DNA of 63,438 nt, counting the filler, from Octopus bimaculoides (taxonomy: Eukaryota): assembly GCF_001194135.2 (NCBI RefSeq). It is 5 parts of 4 records of this genome, joined end to end, with 100 filler letters (N's around TTAATTAATTAA, not from the genome) between each part and the next. Parts side by side here need not be neighbours in the genome. Positions count along the whole stretch, not along the records: positions 24,544 to 33,070 come from NC_068986.1; positions 33,171 to 44,374 come from NC_068986.1; 3 more parts are not named here. One strand, written 5' to 3'. The translations under genes were made by a program, and so were the position numbers. This document shows, piece by piece, positions 24,600-38,985 of this stretch. The notes under the pieces were generated by a model that saw only the letters and a program-made list of their open reading frames with translations, was not told the origin of the DNA and did no database searches. How positions within the stretch are numbered: position 1 is the first letter of the stretch; each line of letters begins with the position of its first letter.

Positions 24600-27070
24600 A
24601 TTGAATTTGCCAAACACAAATGTACTCAAATTAAAATCTATGCCTCTCACACCCTACACACGAAACCCCAAAATATGCCGCTATTCACTATGCAGGAGGC
24701 TGTGCACTGACACTGATTGCAAATTCATTCATTTATCAGGGACTAGACATTCAGTTCCTACTCACAACAGCCGTTACCACCAAAGTGCCACCACCCTTAC
24801 CAAATACTAAATCAAATTTGAAAAAAAAACACTCATCTTACACGGAACCCTATATTTTTACGCTATTCCCAGCGTAACAGATTATGTCTACAGCATAATT
24901 GTCCATTTCCCTATACCCCGGAGACTCGCTGCACAAATAAAAATATAAACGGGAACTCTAACTGATACAAAACCCACAACCACAAACTTTTGCAGTTCTC
25001 CAAGCAGAATTTGTTTTTAGCTATAAGAAATCTGGCAAAAGAGCTACAAAAGAACATTCTAACCATCACACAATGCCACCCCACCACCAAACTATTGCAC
25101 AAACTCTCGTTGCTGCCATTAACAAGCGAATCACCAAAACAGTCAAAATCAGTTACCAATATCGCCTCAAAATCTTTGCTCAATGAAAAAGGCATCCGCC
25201 CTTCTACCAATTCCCCAAAATCGAAGAACCAATTTATTGAGGACTAGGTTAATGACCATCCACACCATATCCCTTTTTCCTGCTGACAGAGACCCATCTC
25301 AATAACCTCTACTGGTAAGCTGAGGTGAGAGTGAAGAATAAGAATTTTACAGCCATTCGTGCAGGCCGTGTCGGCAGAAGAAAGGGTGGGACCGCCATTT
25401 TCTTGCACGATTCTTTTTCGGCTGAAGCAATGGAAGTATTTACCAATGACCACTGTGAAGCAGCTTCTGTGTATAGTAAAACCAACAATTTATTAGTAGT
25501 TGGGCTCCATAGGCCACTCCTAACTCCTTTACTACGCTTCAAGGATGCCTCAGCAGTATTAAGTGCTTCGTCCATCAGTGTCATGCTGACAACATATTAA
25601 TGATGGGGGAGTTCAATCTTCCCAGTGTTAATTGGTCCACAAACAGCTTCAGATCAGGTTTTTCCACCTCAACCCCTGATAAGGAAGCAATTCCATTGCT
25701 TTTTGATTTCATGAATGAGTTTTTTCTGACCCAACTTATTCGTGAACCAGCAAGGTGTTCAATAATCACACTGACAATATCCTCAATATGGCTGTGGAAA
25801 AAATACCGCTATTTTCAGACCATGACATGGTTCTCTGCGATCTGAGATTCTACTACCCACAGATCAAATTCAGGGACATCTCTCCAGTTCATCTATTTGA
25901 CACTATAGATCTTCATAACGTAGACTGGGATACGATCAATCATGATCTTTCACAAGTTGATTGGGCCTTCACACACACGCACCCCACTACCACCAACATA
26001 AATACATCATAGCAGACATTTGTAGATACTGTAACAAATATATGCGCAAAACATACTCCATTAAGATTAGTATATCAGTATACAAATCTAAGTGCAGAAT
26101 CCCTAGAAATAGAAGAGTAATTATCAGAAAAATAAAAAGAATTAGCAAGAAAATCAACCAACTTAATTACTGCCAGCAGCGACGCACCCATTCGATTGCC
26201 ATTGCATCACTCGAATCTAAAACCACACCCCCAAAAAAGCACGATGACTATCATTAATAGACAAAGAGTAGCTGGGGAGAGTTGGGCCATTGCGAAAATA
26301 ATACTCCCAAAATGTTCTTTTCATTTGCAAAAAAAAAATTAATAAATAAAGACGATGTTTCCACTCTTGGTTCCCTGGTTCATGATGATGCAAAATTCAT
26401 GTGCGAGATACTGCAGAGACAATACTGCTCTGTCTTCGGTAATGTTAATGCGGTTGATCTGGCTAGTATCAGTGATGTAAACTCTCAACTAACCATATCT
26501 GGCATAACTTTTGGTGCTCAATATATCCTAACAGAAAGAAGATCAAGTACAACTCGGCAGTAGGTCCCGATATGTTCCCGACCACTGTCCTGAAGATTTG
26601 TCGACCAAATTGGACCCTCTCTAGCTGAACTCTGGAGAAACTCATTTGATGTAGGCACCATTCCTGATCATTTTCTTTCCCAGTCCGTCCTTCCAGTCTT
26701 CAAAAAGGGAAACAAATCTACCGTCCGATTTCACTCACTTCTCATATCATTAAAATATTTGAGAGGGTGATGAAATCGCGAATAACTCAATTCCTCGAAG
26801 ACAACAATCTGCTGAACTCCCACTAGTTTCTGCACCGTTTTGGTGACATCTTAAAAGCGCTAGGAGAAGGTTCCAACACTGACATCATATACCTTGATTT
26901 CAGCAAGGCATTTGACAGAGTGGACCAGAAAATCCTGCTGAAGAAACTGTCCAACATTGGAGTCCGTGGAAACCTGCTGCAGTGGATAAAGTGTTTCCTG
27001 ACGAACAGAACGCAACATGTTGTGTTTGAGTCAAAATCAGTAGTGGTGTCCTACAAGGTACTGTGTTGAG
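24600..27070 (+). mobile_element. Decayed CR1/L2-like LINE: ORF1 Cys/His remnant, APE endonuclease and N-terminal RT, 3'-truncated
   Basis: KICRYSLCRRLCTDTDCKFIHL; GRRKGGTAIF; MMGEFNLPSVNW; FLTQLIREP; SDHDMV; GPDMFP; FKKGNKS; IIYLDFSKAFDRVDQKILLKKL; SGVLQGTVL. Many stops and frameshifts. Confidence 0.88.
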
Positions 27071-27972
27071 CCTGGATATGTCTCGTACTGGGGTTTATTA
27101 TTCATTCGACTAAAATTTTTTCAAGTCGGTGCCCTAACGTGGCGACAATTTAATGACTGAAACACTTAAAAGCTGAAAGATATATACATGTGTGCGCGTG
27201 GAAACATTTTTATAAACAGACTTTGAAGAGCCGAGTTATTTGGTCTTCTGCAGAATACTAAGTAAACCTCGTATGCAAAATAACTGTGAAACCAGATTAT
27301 ACGATTCCTCTTAGAAGAAGGGGGAAAAGTTGCTAGCAAGCTACTTGTACCTCTTAAATGCCGGGTGGACGATTTGTACCACTAAGCTAAGTGTCTCCTC
27401 TCAACAAACACTGTATATTATAACGCTAGATAATAACCTTTTGAAAAGTGAGAACATTTTTGTTATAAACAAAGCACCGAGTGATTTGTTAGTTTACAGA
27501 AAATAAAAAAAATCTCGTACTCAGACAGAAAAGGGCTTTTATTCAATCTTCTAAGATATATATATATATGAACAAAACATTCAAACACTAAGATTTGAAA
27601 TAAGATGTCACTACTGTTAATATCATCTGTGGATAAAATTTTAAATTGATGGTATCAACAGTAGCAACACGGGTGGTCCGCAGGCAAATGGCTATAAGTT
27701 ACAAATTTTCACGAAGCGTGAGGATGCATAAAAGCATACACCCGCTAGAAATAAGAGTTAAATCTTAGTTGAACCACCGTACAGCCCCAAGATAACAGAA
27801 ATATCAGTAGGCAAAGTAACGGAAAAATTAATACATTCAAAAGCACAACTATAAAAAATTATGCAGTTTAGGACATCAACATACACGGGTTTCGGCTTTT
27901 CTAAAATTTAACCCTTGAGCCTCTTCAGTGTGGACCACCGAGTAAAAATTCAAAGCCATCACGGTATATATG

Positions 27973-28017
<45 letters not shown>

Positions 28018-28252
28018 ATCTTTGTATGCATGTAAGTATATATATATATATATATATATGTGTATGTATGTATCTCATAGCTACACCTCGTTACACGAGA
28101 AAAGCCATTGCCAAAAAGACTTATTGAAATGATTCATTGTTGATGCCATGTGATGCCCTTATATGACTCTTAAACCCAGCCAAAGTTTTACACATTTTAT
28201 TACATACTGCACAGCTGTGCTGGCTTTGCAGGAGAAACAGGTGCCACCATAT

Positions 28253-28289
<37 letters not shown>

Positions 28290-31200
28290 GAGTTTTATAG
28301 TAGAGTTCAATCTTTCATAAATTGATAACTTGTAGCAAATATTAGCACCAAATATTATTGGTGACAGTTGTACAGAGTTTCATTTCATTCATCTATTTAT
28401 GCATGAACATAACGAATGGTATCTGTGCCTTCCTCTCTAAACACACACACACACAGACACATATACATATGCTGTGTATGTGTGTATATGTGCGTGCACG
28501 CGCGCACGCTGTACTCCCGTTCAACTCTGTTTCTAACTATATATATTTTTCTTGAAACTTTACTCCCTTTTGACATGTCTCTCAATTTCTCTGAACATAT
28601 GTAGATATTGCTTATGTATTCCTGTCTCTCAACTGTTTAAACTTCTGCCGTTTTTCTTCCAATGTCTATAACGTATATTTTCATTACTACTTTTAACTTT
28701 TATTGTTTATTTCTGTTTCTCCTGTTTTAGTGAGAGATTTTTCTTTTACTTTCCATCCTTATTTGTTTTATCAACATTTGTGTTCACATTTTATCAGTAT
28801 ATATCAATAACTCTCCTTATAATGGGATACATATATATCTATATATATCAATATATATACATACATAAGAAAAAATGGATGTGTATGTATACATATATCT
28901 ACTTCATTGAGATATATAAATGTATATACCTATATAGATATGAATACGTTCATTAATGTATGTACCATGTATATNNNNNNNNNNNNNNNNNNNNNNNNNN
29001 NNNNNNNNNNNNNNNNNNNNNNNNNNNNNNNNNNNNNNNNNNNNNNNNNNNNNNNNNNNNNNNNNNNNNNNNNNNNNNNNNNNNNNNNNNNNNNNNNNNN
29101 NNNNNNNNNNNNNNNNNNNNNNNNNNNNNNNNNNNNNNNNNNNNNNNNNNNNNNNNNNNNNNNNNNNNNNNNNNNNNNNNNNNNNNNNNNNNNNNNNNNN
29201 NNNNNNNNNNNNNNNNNNNNNNNNNNNNNNNNNNNNNNNNNNNNNNNNNNNNNNNNNNNNNNNNNNNNNNNNNNNNNNNNNNNNNNNNNNNNNNNNNNNN
29301 NNNNNNNNNNNNNNNNNNNNNNNNNNNNNNNNNNNNNNNNNNNNNNNNNNNNNNNNNNNNNNNNNNNNNNNNNNNNNNNNNNNNNNNNNNNNNNNNNNNN
29401 NNNNNNNNNNNNNNNNNNNNNNNNNNNNNNNNNNNNNNNNNNNNNNNNNNNNNNNNNNNNNNNNNNNNNNNNNNNNNNNNNNNNNNNNNNNNNNNNNNNN
29501 NNNNNNNNNNNNNNNNNNNNNNNNNNNNNNNNNNNNNNNNNNNNNNNNNNNNNNNNNNNNNNNNNNNNNNNNNNNNNNNNNNNNNNNNNNNNNNNNNTAT
29601 ATAGATAGATAGATGTATATACATGCATACATACCTACATTCATACATACATACTTATGTATATCTATACGTACATATATGCATACGTACATATATATAT
29701 ATATATATATATACATACATAAATACATAAGTACATACATCCATAACTACTTATCGATCGAGCAATTCCAAGTCTCTCTACCCATTTACTTTTACACGTG
29801 TTCCAAGATACCACCCTTTACGTTTTTACCCTGTTTAATTGTATGTTTCTATTGATGTCATCTATTCGGCAATTTCTTCCAGTTCATTTCGTTCTTACAC
29901 ATCATATTGTCCACATAAATATTCTAAATATTTTTATAGCTAATTTTGTTGCTTGTAATTATTCATAAATGTTAAATTACGTTTGACAAATACTTGAAAA
30001 TATTGTCAAAGTGAACTTTTTTTTCAGTGGTATAGGCCTACGTATGTATACATGGAAAGGTGGAATTAGATGACGCTTACACGGTTATTTTTCTCCACAG
30101 CTCCTTTACAGCTATATATCAAACCAATATTTTTCATTGTCGATTCTGAAGTCGCATCGTTACTTAATTTTTGCTCCTTTATTTTTATTAGTTATCTGTC
30201 TCCGGGTTCCATTTAAAAGTTCCTTTACTTCTTTATGATAACATCTTTAAGACAACCGTAAATATTCCACTACCTTCTCGTATTTTATTACTAGTTTGGG
30301 GTTTTTTAAAGCACACATTATTTTCTCGTCATACACTTACATAAATACATACATACTCGCACCCATGTCCATGCACTCACATCTGTACTTGTGTGTGTGA
30401 ATGCACATGCATTTTTGCGTCTTCAAGTGTATAGCATTTATGAATGTATCTTCAATTTATAAATGAATAGATATGGGGAATTAAAAGGCTTTTAACATAA
30501 ACAAAAAAGGTAGAAAAAGGAAGATAATACATTTAAGTTATCTTTATTTTAGTCTTTAAAAATATTTTATGGTGCATATACGCGATTTATTGCATCATAT
30601 TTTGAATGTCTTGAAATGCTATGCCATTTTATAGCATGTAATGGTTATTGCCCTTCAGTCTTTTGTTCAATATATCTAAAGGATAGGATCTATGTACATT
30701 GGAGATTTCTCTATACTTTCTGATTACAGTTTTCTTTTTACTAATATTAATTTTCCACGTATTATTAGTTTTATAGCTATATGAATAGGTGTAAAGAGCT
30801 AATATTTTTATTTCACCTTTTTTTTAATTTATGGAGTTTATTTATTCGGATCAAGGCGATCAATTGCTGCTTACCGACAGACCAAAGGATCTAGTTCAGT
30901 ACTAGTTCAATTACCAGAGGAAATCTTGGTTGCAAATAATTTATAAAATATATGGTTCATACCAGGTATTTGTTTATCTTTTCTTTCTTTCACGGTTTGT
31001 CAAGGAGTTAAGGACAGCATTCTGGCCCCTTTTGCAAAAGAGATTCGAGATAGATGTTCAGAAAGGAGAAAATAATTTTGAGACTAGAGATCTGGTGCGA
31101 ATGTTTACGCAGGGTGAATGCCGTAAACGGCACCCAGGGCTCCAGGTTGTGGTGTTAAGCAGAGTGAGGGAATTAGTCCACCACCAAGGACTTACAACCT

Positions 31201-31417
31201 AAAGACCTGTAGCAAAGAGGCTAATGTGCTTTTCCGACGCATTAGCAATTTCACAAATCAACTGATCTGAAATGTATTCTTTCATTGGACCCAAACAGAA
31301 GAATGGCAAAGTTGATCTCTCCTGGATTTGAGCTCAGAGCGCAGAGAGTCAGACCGTTGTTCATATGTAGAATGCATATTTCATTGCAATTGTGAGAGAC
31401 TACATTTGTATATATAC

Positions 31418-31500
<83 letters not shown>

Positions 31501-31741
31501 GAACGATAAAATGAGTGCTCAACGCCGCATTGGTGGTCATAATTTCTTTATTTGTGAATTAAGGCTACCATTGATTTCATGCTATACAAATTAGGAAAAT
31601 ATCCTAGTGTTTCAACAATATTTCAAGCCAATCACATGGGGTAACGTGCTCGCTTCCATTTTGGAAAACACAGCCTCGTTTAGTCCGCGAGGTTAATTTG
31701 AAAATTATAAGCACTCTTGTTTTTGTAATTTATTAAAAGAA

Positions 31742-32475
31742 AGGCAATTTTTCAACAGAATGTTGAGTCTTGAATGGCTTTGTCGCTGGCAATTTCGATG
31801 GTTTCCGCTACATACCTCTGCCTTTGTGATTCTCGTTCAAAGTGATAGACTTAGGTTTCATCTTTTGTCACTATTCTCTCCGAAATAGCTTCGTCTTCAT
31901 TGTAGTAGTGGTCGATTAAGCGTTTGCAGATCTCTATACGATTACGCATGTTTGCATCGGTAAGCTATCTCGGCACCCATGACGCACAGACTTTACGGAA
32001 TCGAAGCTTGTCGTGGATGGTTTCGCATGCAGGACCCTGACTAATTTGCAGAGAATATGCTACCTCAACGATGGCCACTCTTCGGTTCGCCTGAACCAGC
32101 TCCAGAGCTTGTTGAATCTTCACGTCAGCGGTGGAAGCTGATGGCCGTCCTGCTATCTATTACTCACACACACTTCTACACGGTAGACCACAGTCCCCAT
32201 ATTGTACTGAAAGCCGGCAGTGAATTTTAGTTCCTGAAATACCTTCAGAGCTGACAAATCAGATCATTTATCTCTATCCTTCGTTGGCACAAACTGCCAG
32301 CGGAACAGTCAAGTTTACTCTGTAATACAAGAAAACTGGAGCGATCAAGCTCATACTTCGGTTTCGTTAGCACAAGTGTACCACAGTTTAGTACCACGCG
32401 AGTAGTGCGGGCAGTGCAGTCAACCTAAAGAAAGTATTCTCAAAATGGCGGATGCCTTTTACTTACTTTTGTATG
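31742..32475 (-). mobile_element. Decayed mariner transposase, 5' half
   Basis: GRPSASTADVKIQQALELVQANRRVAIVEVAYSLQIS..IHDKLRFRKVCASWVPR*LT..RIVTKDET*VYHFE contains the mariner WVPRxL motif and the first catalytic TGDETW region. Confidence 0.88.
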
Positions 32476-32903
32476 TATATGTACATACGTACATATACAA
32501 ATGTGAGTATATGAATGTATATACCCGATGACCAGTTACCAGGACAACGCTGGAAAACTGCATCTGCGGTATTCATACAAAGTATCTCTTTCCTCTACTA
32601 GTATCACATTGCTCAATATTCCCCCAAATTTCAATAATTACACCGCAGTAGAATCTACAAATATTTCTTTACTTCGTAGGGCTGCGCTCAGATCTTCCTC
32701 CATTGACTTTGGCAATGGCAGAAGTGCTAACACTGCCGTGATCTAACCACAGAGCGTATTTGCAGTGGTTCAGCCTGCCAAACATTTTTCAAATGAGTTT
32801 CCTACATGAATGAAGAACGTACTGAATCATATAGTTCATGGCCGTATGATCACACTTCAGTTCGATTGAGACTAACCTTTGAGGAAATAGCTGATTTCTA
32901 AAA

Positions 32904-32906
<3 letters not shown>

Positions 32907-32949
<43 letters not shown>

Positions 32950-33070
32950 GGATAGATGGATAGATAGATAGATAGATAGATAGATAGGTAGATAGATAGA
33001 TAGATAGATAGATAGATACATTTCTTTTATTAGCCACACAGGGCTCAACGAAGATGGGACAAATACAATG
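32907..33070 (-). mobile_element. Probable LINE extreme 3' end with (TATC)n tail, cut by a scaffold join
   Basis: Minus strand reads cattgtatttgtcccatcttcgttgagccctgtgtggctaataaaagaaatg, with AATAAA, followed by (TATC)n at 32907-33018. The family (possibly Tx1/L1-like) is inferred only. Confidence 0.45.
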
Positions 33071-33170
33071 NNNNNNNNNNNNNNNNNNNNNNNNNNNNNN
33101 NNNNNNNNNNNNNNTTAATTAATTAANNNNNNNNNNNNNNNNNNNNNNNNNNNNNNNNNNNNNNNNNNNN
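33071..33170. other. Artificial scaffold join N44-TTAATTAATTAA-N44
   Basis: Same 100-bp structure as 24444. Confidence 0.95.
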
Positions 33171-34794
33171 TATATATAATTTTCATGTTGAGTTGTAAGT
33201 TTTACGTTAAACTAAAAGATGACGTAATACTGTTAGTTGTGAACAAATTTATTACCCGTTAATAATTACAGTGCTGACTTTGACTTCGGAGTTTCGGCCT
33301 GCTTAACCTTCATTAGAATATGCCACTGATACTTCGACATCACTGTCAACGCTATTGGTGTTAAAGAATAATATGTATGTGTGTGTGTGTATGCGTGTGT
33401 ATGTGCACCTGTGTGTGTCTCTGTGTCTGTATGTGTATGTACGTATCGTGAGAGTGTTTTCGGCGATTTTTTTTACATGATTTTAGCCACGAATATGATC
33501 TTCATTGGGATATGACTCTGGAGGAAGCAATTGCAACAAATTCTCCAAAGCAAGTCAGATATCTGTTTGTAAATCTTCCCATTCTGGGTTAGTTACTTAA
33601 AAGCTACATACTAGCTTAATAGCTGCCCTATCGTGCGGTTTTTAATATAGTGTATATATATATATACAGGTAATCTAAACGATTAAGTACGCTAGATAAG
33701 TGGTGTAACGGATTACTGGGGCTCCAAGGTTATAGCCGAGACGGTAGTTATGGAGCCATTGCAGATTTCCGATACAGCGGATGTTTGACGTTCTGTTTAA
33801 CAATTATATATATATATATATATNNNNNNNNNNNNNNNNNNNNNNNNNNNNNNNNNNNNNNNNNNNNNNNNNNNNNNNNNNNNNNNNNNNNNNNNNNNNN
33901 NNNNNNNNNNNNNNNNNNNNNNNNNNNNNNNNNNNNNNNNNNNNNNNNNNNNNNNNNNNNNNNNNNNNNNNNNNNNNNNNNNNNNNNNNNNNNNNNNNNN
34001 NNNNNNNNNNNNNNNNNNNNNNNNNNNNNNNNNNNNNNNNNNNNNNNNNNNNNNNNNNNNNNNNNNNNNNNNNNNNNNNNNNNNNNNNNNNNNNNNNNNN
34101 NNNNNNNNNNNNNNNNNNNNNNNNNNNNNNNNNNNNNNNNNNNNNNNNNNNNNNNNNNNNNNNNNNNNNNNNNNNNNNNNNNNNNNNNNNNNNNNNNNNN
34201 NNNNNNNNNNNNNNNNNNNNNNNNNNNNNNNNNNNNNNNNNNNNNNNNNNNNNNNNNNNNNNNNNNNNNNNNNNNNNNNNNNNNNNNNNNNNNNNNNNNN
34301 NNNNNNNNNNNNNNNNNNNNNNNNNNNNNNNNNNNNNNNNNNNNNNNNNNNNNNNNNNNNNNNNNNNNNNNNNNNNNNNNNNNNNNNNNNNNNNNNNNNN
34401 NNNNNNNNNNNNNNNNNNNNNNNNNNNNNNNNNNNNNNNNNNNNNNNNNNNNNNNNNNNNNNNNNNNNNNNNNNNNNNNNNNNNNNNNNNNNNNNNNNNN
34501 NNNNNNNNNNNNNNNNNNNNNNNNNNNNNNNNNNNNNNNNNNNNNNNNNNNNNNNNNNNNNNNNNNNNNNNNNNNNNNNNNNNNNNNNNNNNNNNNNNNN
34601 NNNNNNNNNNNNNNNNNNNNNNNNNNNNNNNNNNNNNNNNNNNNNNNNNNNNNNNNNNNNNNNNNNNNNNNNNNNNNNNNNNNNNNNNNNNNNNNNNNNN
34701 NNNNNNNNNNNNNNNNNNNNNNNNNNNNNNNNNNNNNNNNNNNNNNNNNNNNNNNNNNNNNNNNNNNNNNNNNNNNNNNNNNNNNNNATACGTA

Positions 34795-34960
34795 CGACAA
34801 GCTTCTTTCAGTTTCCGTCTACCAAATCCACTCACAAGGCTTTGGTCGGCCTGAGGCTATAGTAGAAGACACTTGCCCAAGGTGCCACGGAGTGGGAATG
34901 AACCCGGAACCATGTGGTTGGTAAGCAAGCTACTTACCACGCAGCCACTCCTGCACCTAT
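34795..34960 (-). mobile_element. tRNA-derived SINE head
   Basis: Minus strand ataggtgcaggagtggctgcgtggtaag..ggttccgggttcattccc has Pol III A/B-box-like motifs; near-identical copies recur in the window. Confidence 0.88.
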
Positions 34961-35300
34961 ATGAAATGTTTGTGAATTATTGATTAGTTTTCGATAAACA
35001 GAAGGTTAAATCAATCACTGTCTAAGATGTCAAGAAACATTCCATACAATCAATGCCAATATATTACTATATCTGCAAAAGTTTTAAAAAAGAGACCAAC
35101 AACAATGGAAACTGGAACAGCAATCATGCAGCTAATCGATAATCTATCATTTTTCTTATCCGCATTGTTATTATTGTTGTTTAGCATCAGGTCACCTTTG
35201 ATCGAACAAATTTTTCATAAATGGAGTTCCAGCAGTGACCATCCCGTCATTTGTGTACGTCAGTAGCAACACTCTCCAATGCATCATTCTATATTTAAGA

Positions 35301-35593
35301 CACTCACTCCGTCGGTTACGACGACGAGGGTTCCATCTGATCCGATCAACGGAACAGCCTGCTCGTGAAATTAACGTGCAAGTGGCTGAGCACTCCACAG
35401 ACACGTGTACCCTTAACGTAGTTCTCGGGGAGATTCAGCGTGAGACAGAGTTTGACAAGGCTGGCCCTTTGAAATACAGGTACAACAGAAACAGGAAGAA
35501 AGAGTGAGAGAAAGGTGTGGTGAAAGAGTACAGCACGGTTCACCACCATCCCCTGCCGGAGCCTCGTGGAACTTTAGGTGTTTCGCTCAATAA
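35301..35593 (+). mobile_element. Interspersed SINE-like repeat body, cut by a gap
   Basis: gatccgatcaacggaacagcctgctcgtgaaattaacgtgcaagtggctgagcactccacagacacgtgtacccttaacgtagttctc is a motif I recall as high-copy in octopod DNA; not verifiable within the window. Confidence 0.55.
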
Positions 35594-36649
35594 NNNNNNN
35601 NNNNNNNNNNNNNNNNNNNNNNNNNNNNNNNNNNNNNNNNNNNNNNNNNNNNNNNNNNNNNNNNNNNNNNNNNNNNNNNNNNNNNNNNNNNNNNNNNNNN
35701 NNNNNNNNNNNNNNNNNNNNNNNNNNNNNNNNNNNNNNNNNNNNNNNNNNNNNNNNNNNNNNNNNNNNNNNNNNNNNNNNNNNNNNNNNNNNNNNNNNNN
35801 NNNNNNNNNNNNNNNNNNNNNNNNNNNNNNNNNNNNNNNNNNNNNNNNNNNNNNNNNNNNNNNNNNNNNNNNNNNNNNNNNNNNNNNNNNNNNNNNNNNN
35901 NNNNNNNNNNNNNNNNNNNNNNNNNNNNNNNNNNNNNNNNNNNNNNNNNNNNNNNNNNNNNNNNNNNNNNNNNNNNNNNNNNNNNNNNNNNNNNNNNNNN
36001 NNNNNNNNNNNNNNNNNNNNNNNNNNNNNNNNNNNNNNNNNNNNNNNNNNNNNNNNNNNNNNNNNNNNNNNNNNNNNNNNNNNNNNNNNNNNNNNNNNNN
36101 NNNNNNNNNNNNNNNNNNNNNNNNNNNNNNNNNNNNNNNNNNNNNNNNNNNNNNNNNNNNNNNNNNNNNNNNNNNNNNNNNNNNNNNNNNNNNNNNNNNN
36201 NNNNNNNNNNNNNNNNNNNNNNNNNNNNNNNNNNNNNNNNNNNNNNNNNNNNNNNNNNNNNNNNNNNNNNNNNNNNNNNNNNNNNNNNNNNNNNNNNNNN
36301 NNNNNNNNNNNCTCTCTCTTTCTCTCTTTCTCAACAACAGCATTTCCATTTTTATTCGATGAACGCTGATTTTTTTCTGGTAAACATTAATAAAAATATA
36401 TGAAATAAGTAAATAAGGTTTTTTGCACCTCAAATTATTTTTTCTCTACATCTTTATGGATGTTTGACTGTTTTGGAAGATTTTTCTGCTAAAAAAAGTT
36501 GCAAACTTAATAGAATATAAGATAAGTAAATAAGTAGTAATTTTTAAGACATAAAATTAAAATATTGTCTATTAAAAGAAAGCTTGATAATATTGTCTGT
36601 TTAAAGAAAGCTAAATATAAAATGAAGGTAATTATGAATATTTACAAAT

Positions 36650-37990
36650 ACTTGCATAATATCACCTCATCCACAATATCCCCTCATCCACCACAGAACA
36701 CAACCCCCAAGCTTCATCTACTTGTAACTGTCGCTCCGGGACAATCTGCCCGCTACAAACACCTTGCGTAAGATACAACGTAATATACAAATGCACTGTC
36801 GCCAATCTGCTACATAACTCTACAGCTACATAACTCTACAGCTACATAACTCTACAGCTACATACATAGGTTCAACTAAAAATTTCAAGCGATGTTATGC
36901 TGCTCACCTTCACTCTTTTAGATATGACAAGCACAGCAAATCTTCAACACTAGCCAACCACATTCACCACCTCAAAAACACCCAGTATACCCAGTATACT
37001 TTAACATGGTCCATTCTGGACTCAGGAATTCCATACCAAGGCCAGCGCTCTAATTGCAAACCTTGATTGAAGGAGGCGTTCCATATTTTAAAATACAATT
37101 CTCCCACACTACTTAATAGGTATAACGAAGCACTTAGTACCTGTAATCACCGTTTCGTCCATACATTCAAATTCTATCACAGACACAAATGCACAAATGA
37201 CCACACAACGTACTCCCACAATCCCCATAGGTAACCCCAACCAACTTAATTCACGCTTGTAATTATATGTATAAGTACATATGTTCCTTTATTAGTTAGC
37301 TATTAAGTTCCCCTACTACCATCCTTAAAATAATTTTCAGTTCTATTTATAGAATATTAACACTACTACCTTTCTCTCTTATTATACATTTTTTCCTTTT
37401 TATTACTATTTTTCGAACCCCACCAACACCATGGCCCCTTGCCGGTTCCTTCCTATCCTGTCATTGTACACAACTGTAACTGCCTCCCTTTACTACTTCA
37501 CTTTATCTCTTCACACTTCCTTTCTCCACCTATCCATTTCTTTGCAAAATTTATACTTCCACCCATATCGTCTTTCCTTTGTTCTCGTTCCTTCTTCCTT
37601 CCCTCCTGTCATTATAACTAACCTCACAATCTTCCTCTATTCATCTATTTATAGCCTATTGCTTGCACTACTACCTTCATTTCTCCCTTAACTATTTCCT
37701 CTTCCTTCCTTCCTGTTTTATGGCTTGACCTCACAATCCTATACACATCTTCCACTCACTTCGGGCTGTCCTTTAAGTAAACAACGCACAGAGTAAACTG
37801 GATACGAAATTATATATATCCACCAATGCAACTATAATTATCACTGGAAAATACCCACACGGATTCTATACATGGATATTTACTGTTGGAATGGAACTAT
37901 ACTCCAAGTACTTTTTCTTCTTTGTTTTTTATTCTCCGCATCGCTCTCATTTCTTACTGCAAATCTCCTCATACAGATGTAATAATCGTT
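36650..37990 (+). mobile_element. Penelope-like element remnant: GIY-YIG endonuclease plus pyrimidine-rich downstream region
   Basis: STCNCRSGTICPLQTPCVRYNVIYKCTV..TYIGSTKNFKRCYAAHLHSF..STLANHIHHLK..TWSIL..LLNRYNE..STCNHRF shows the PLE CxC..CP linker, VIY..YIG, and H..SF motifs. The 3' boundary is approximate. Confidence 0.8.
36809..36864. repeat. 16-bp tandem repeat (GCTACATAACTCTACA)3.5
   Basis: Perfect copies at 36809, 36825 and 36841, plus a partial copy at 36857. Confidence 0.95.
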
Positions 37991-38985
37991 ATCTTCTANN
38001 NNNNNNNNNNNNNNNNNNNNNNNNNNNNNNNNNNNNNNNNNNNNNNNNNNNNNNNNNNNNNNNNNNNNNNNNNNNNNNNNNNNNNNNNNNNNNNNNNNNN
38101 NNNNNNNNNNNNNNNNNNNNNNNNNNNNNNNNNNNNNNNNNNNNNNNNNNNNNNNNNNNNNNNNNNNNNNNNNNNNNNNNNNNNNNNNNNNNNNNNNNNN
38201 NNNNNNNNNNNNNNNNNNNNNNNNNNNNNNNNNNNNNNNNNNNNNNNNNNNNNNNNNNNNNNNNNNNNNNNNNNNNNNNNNNNNNNNNNNNNNNNNNNNN
38301 NNNNNNNNNNNNNNNNNNNNNNNNNNNNNNNNNNNNNNNNNNNNNNNNNNNNNNNNNNNNNNNNNNNNNNNNNNNNNNNNNNNNNNNNNNNNNNNNNNNN
38401 NNNNNNNNNNNNNNNNNNNNNNNNNNNNNNNNNNNNNNNNNNNNNNNNNNNNNNNNNNNNNNNNNNNNNNNNNNNNNNNNNNNNNNNNNNNNNNNNNNNN
38501 NNNNNNNNNNNNNNNNNNNNNNNNNNNNNNNNNNNNNNNNNNNATATATATATATATAATTTTAGCAATTGTTTCCTTTTTCAAATACTGGTTATTGTAG
38601 TTGTGGTTTAGCCGAAGCTCAAACCTGATTAATCTATGACCAAAGACAATCCTGCAATGACCAACTCGTTCTTTTAAGGGTAATGAAGAACTGCATCATC
38701 TAAAATTCCTTTAGAATATTTTAAAGCAGCAATGCATGAGTTGAGAGATTTTTGACTAATATTTCTAATAAATTAGGTGACCTTATAGAGTCTTAATTAT
38801 CAGTCCAAGGAATATTGGAAACTAACTTCGGCAGGAGGTTACATATTTGAAGGAATGGCCGATTTTAATTCTCCTTAGTAGATAACTGGCACTTTATTTT
38901 GGCACCACCAGAATGATAAAATGGAAGGTCATCTTTGGCAAGATTTGAACTTGGTAATTAAAGGTACCTACTGATTTTATCATTC

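Noticed and set aside
34795-34960. tRNA genes
   Set aside because: The tRNA-like A/B boxes belong to SINE heads that continue into SINE bodies; I saw no complete cloverleaf.
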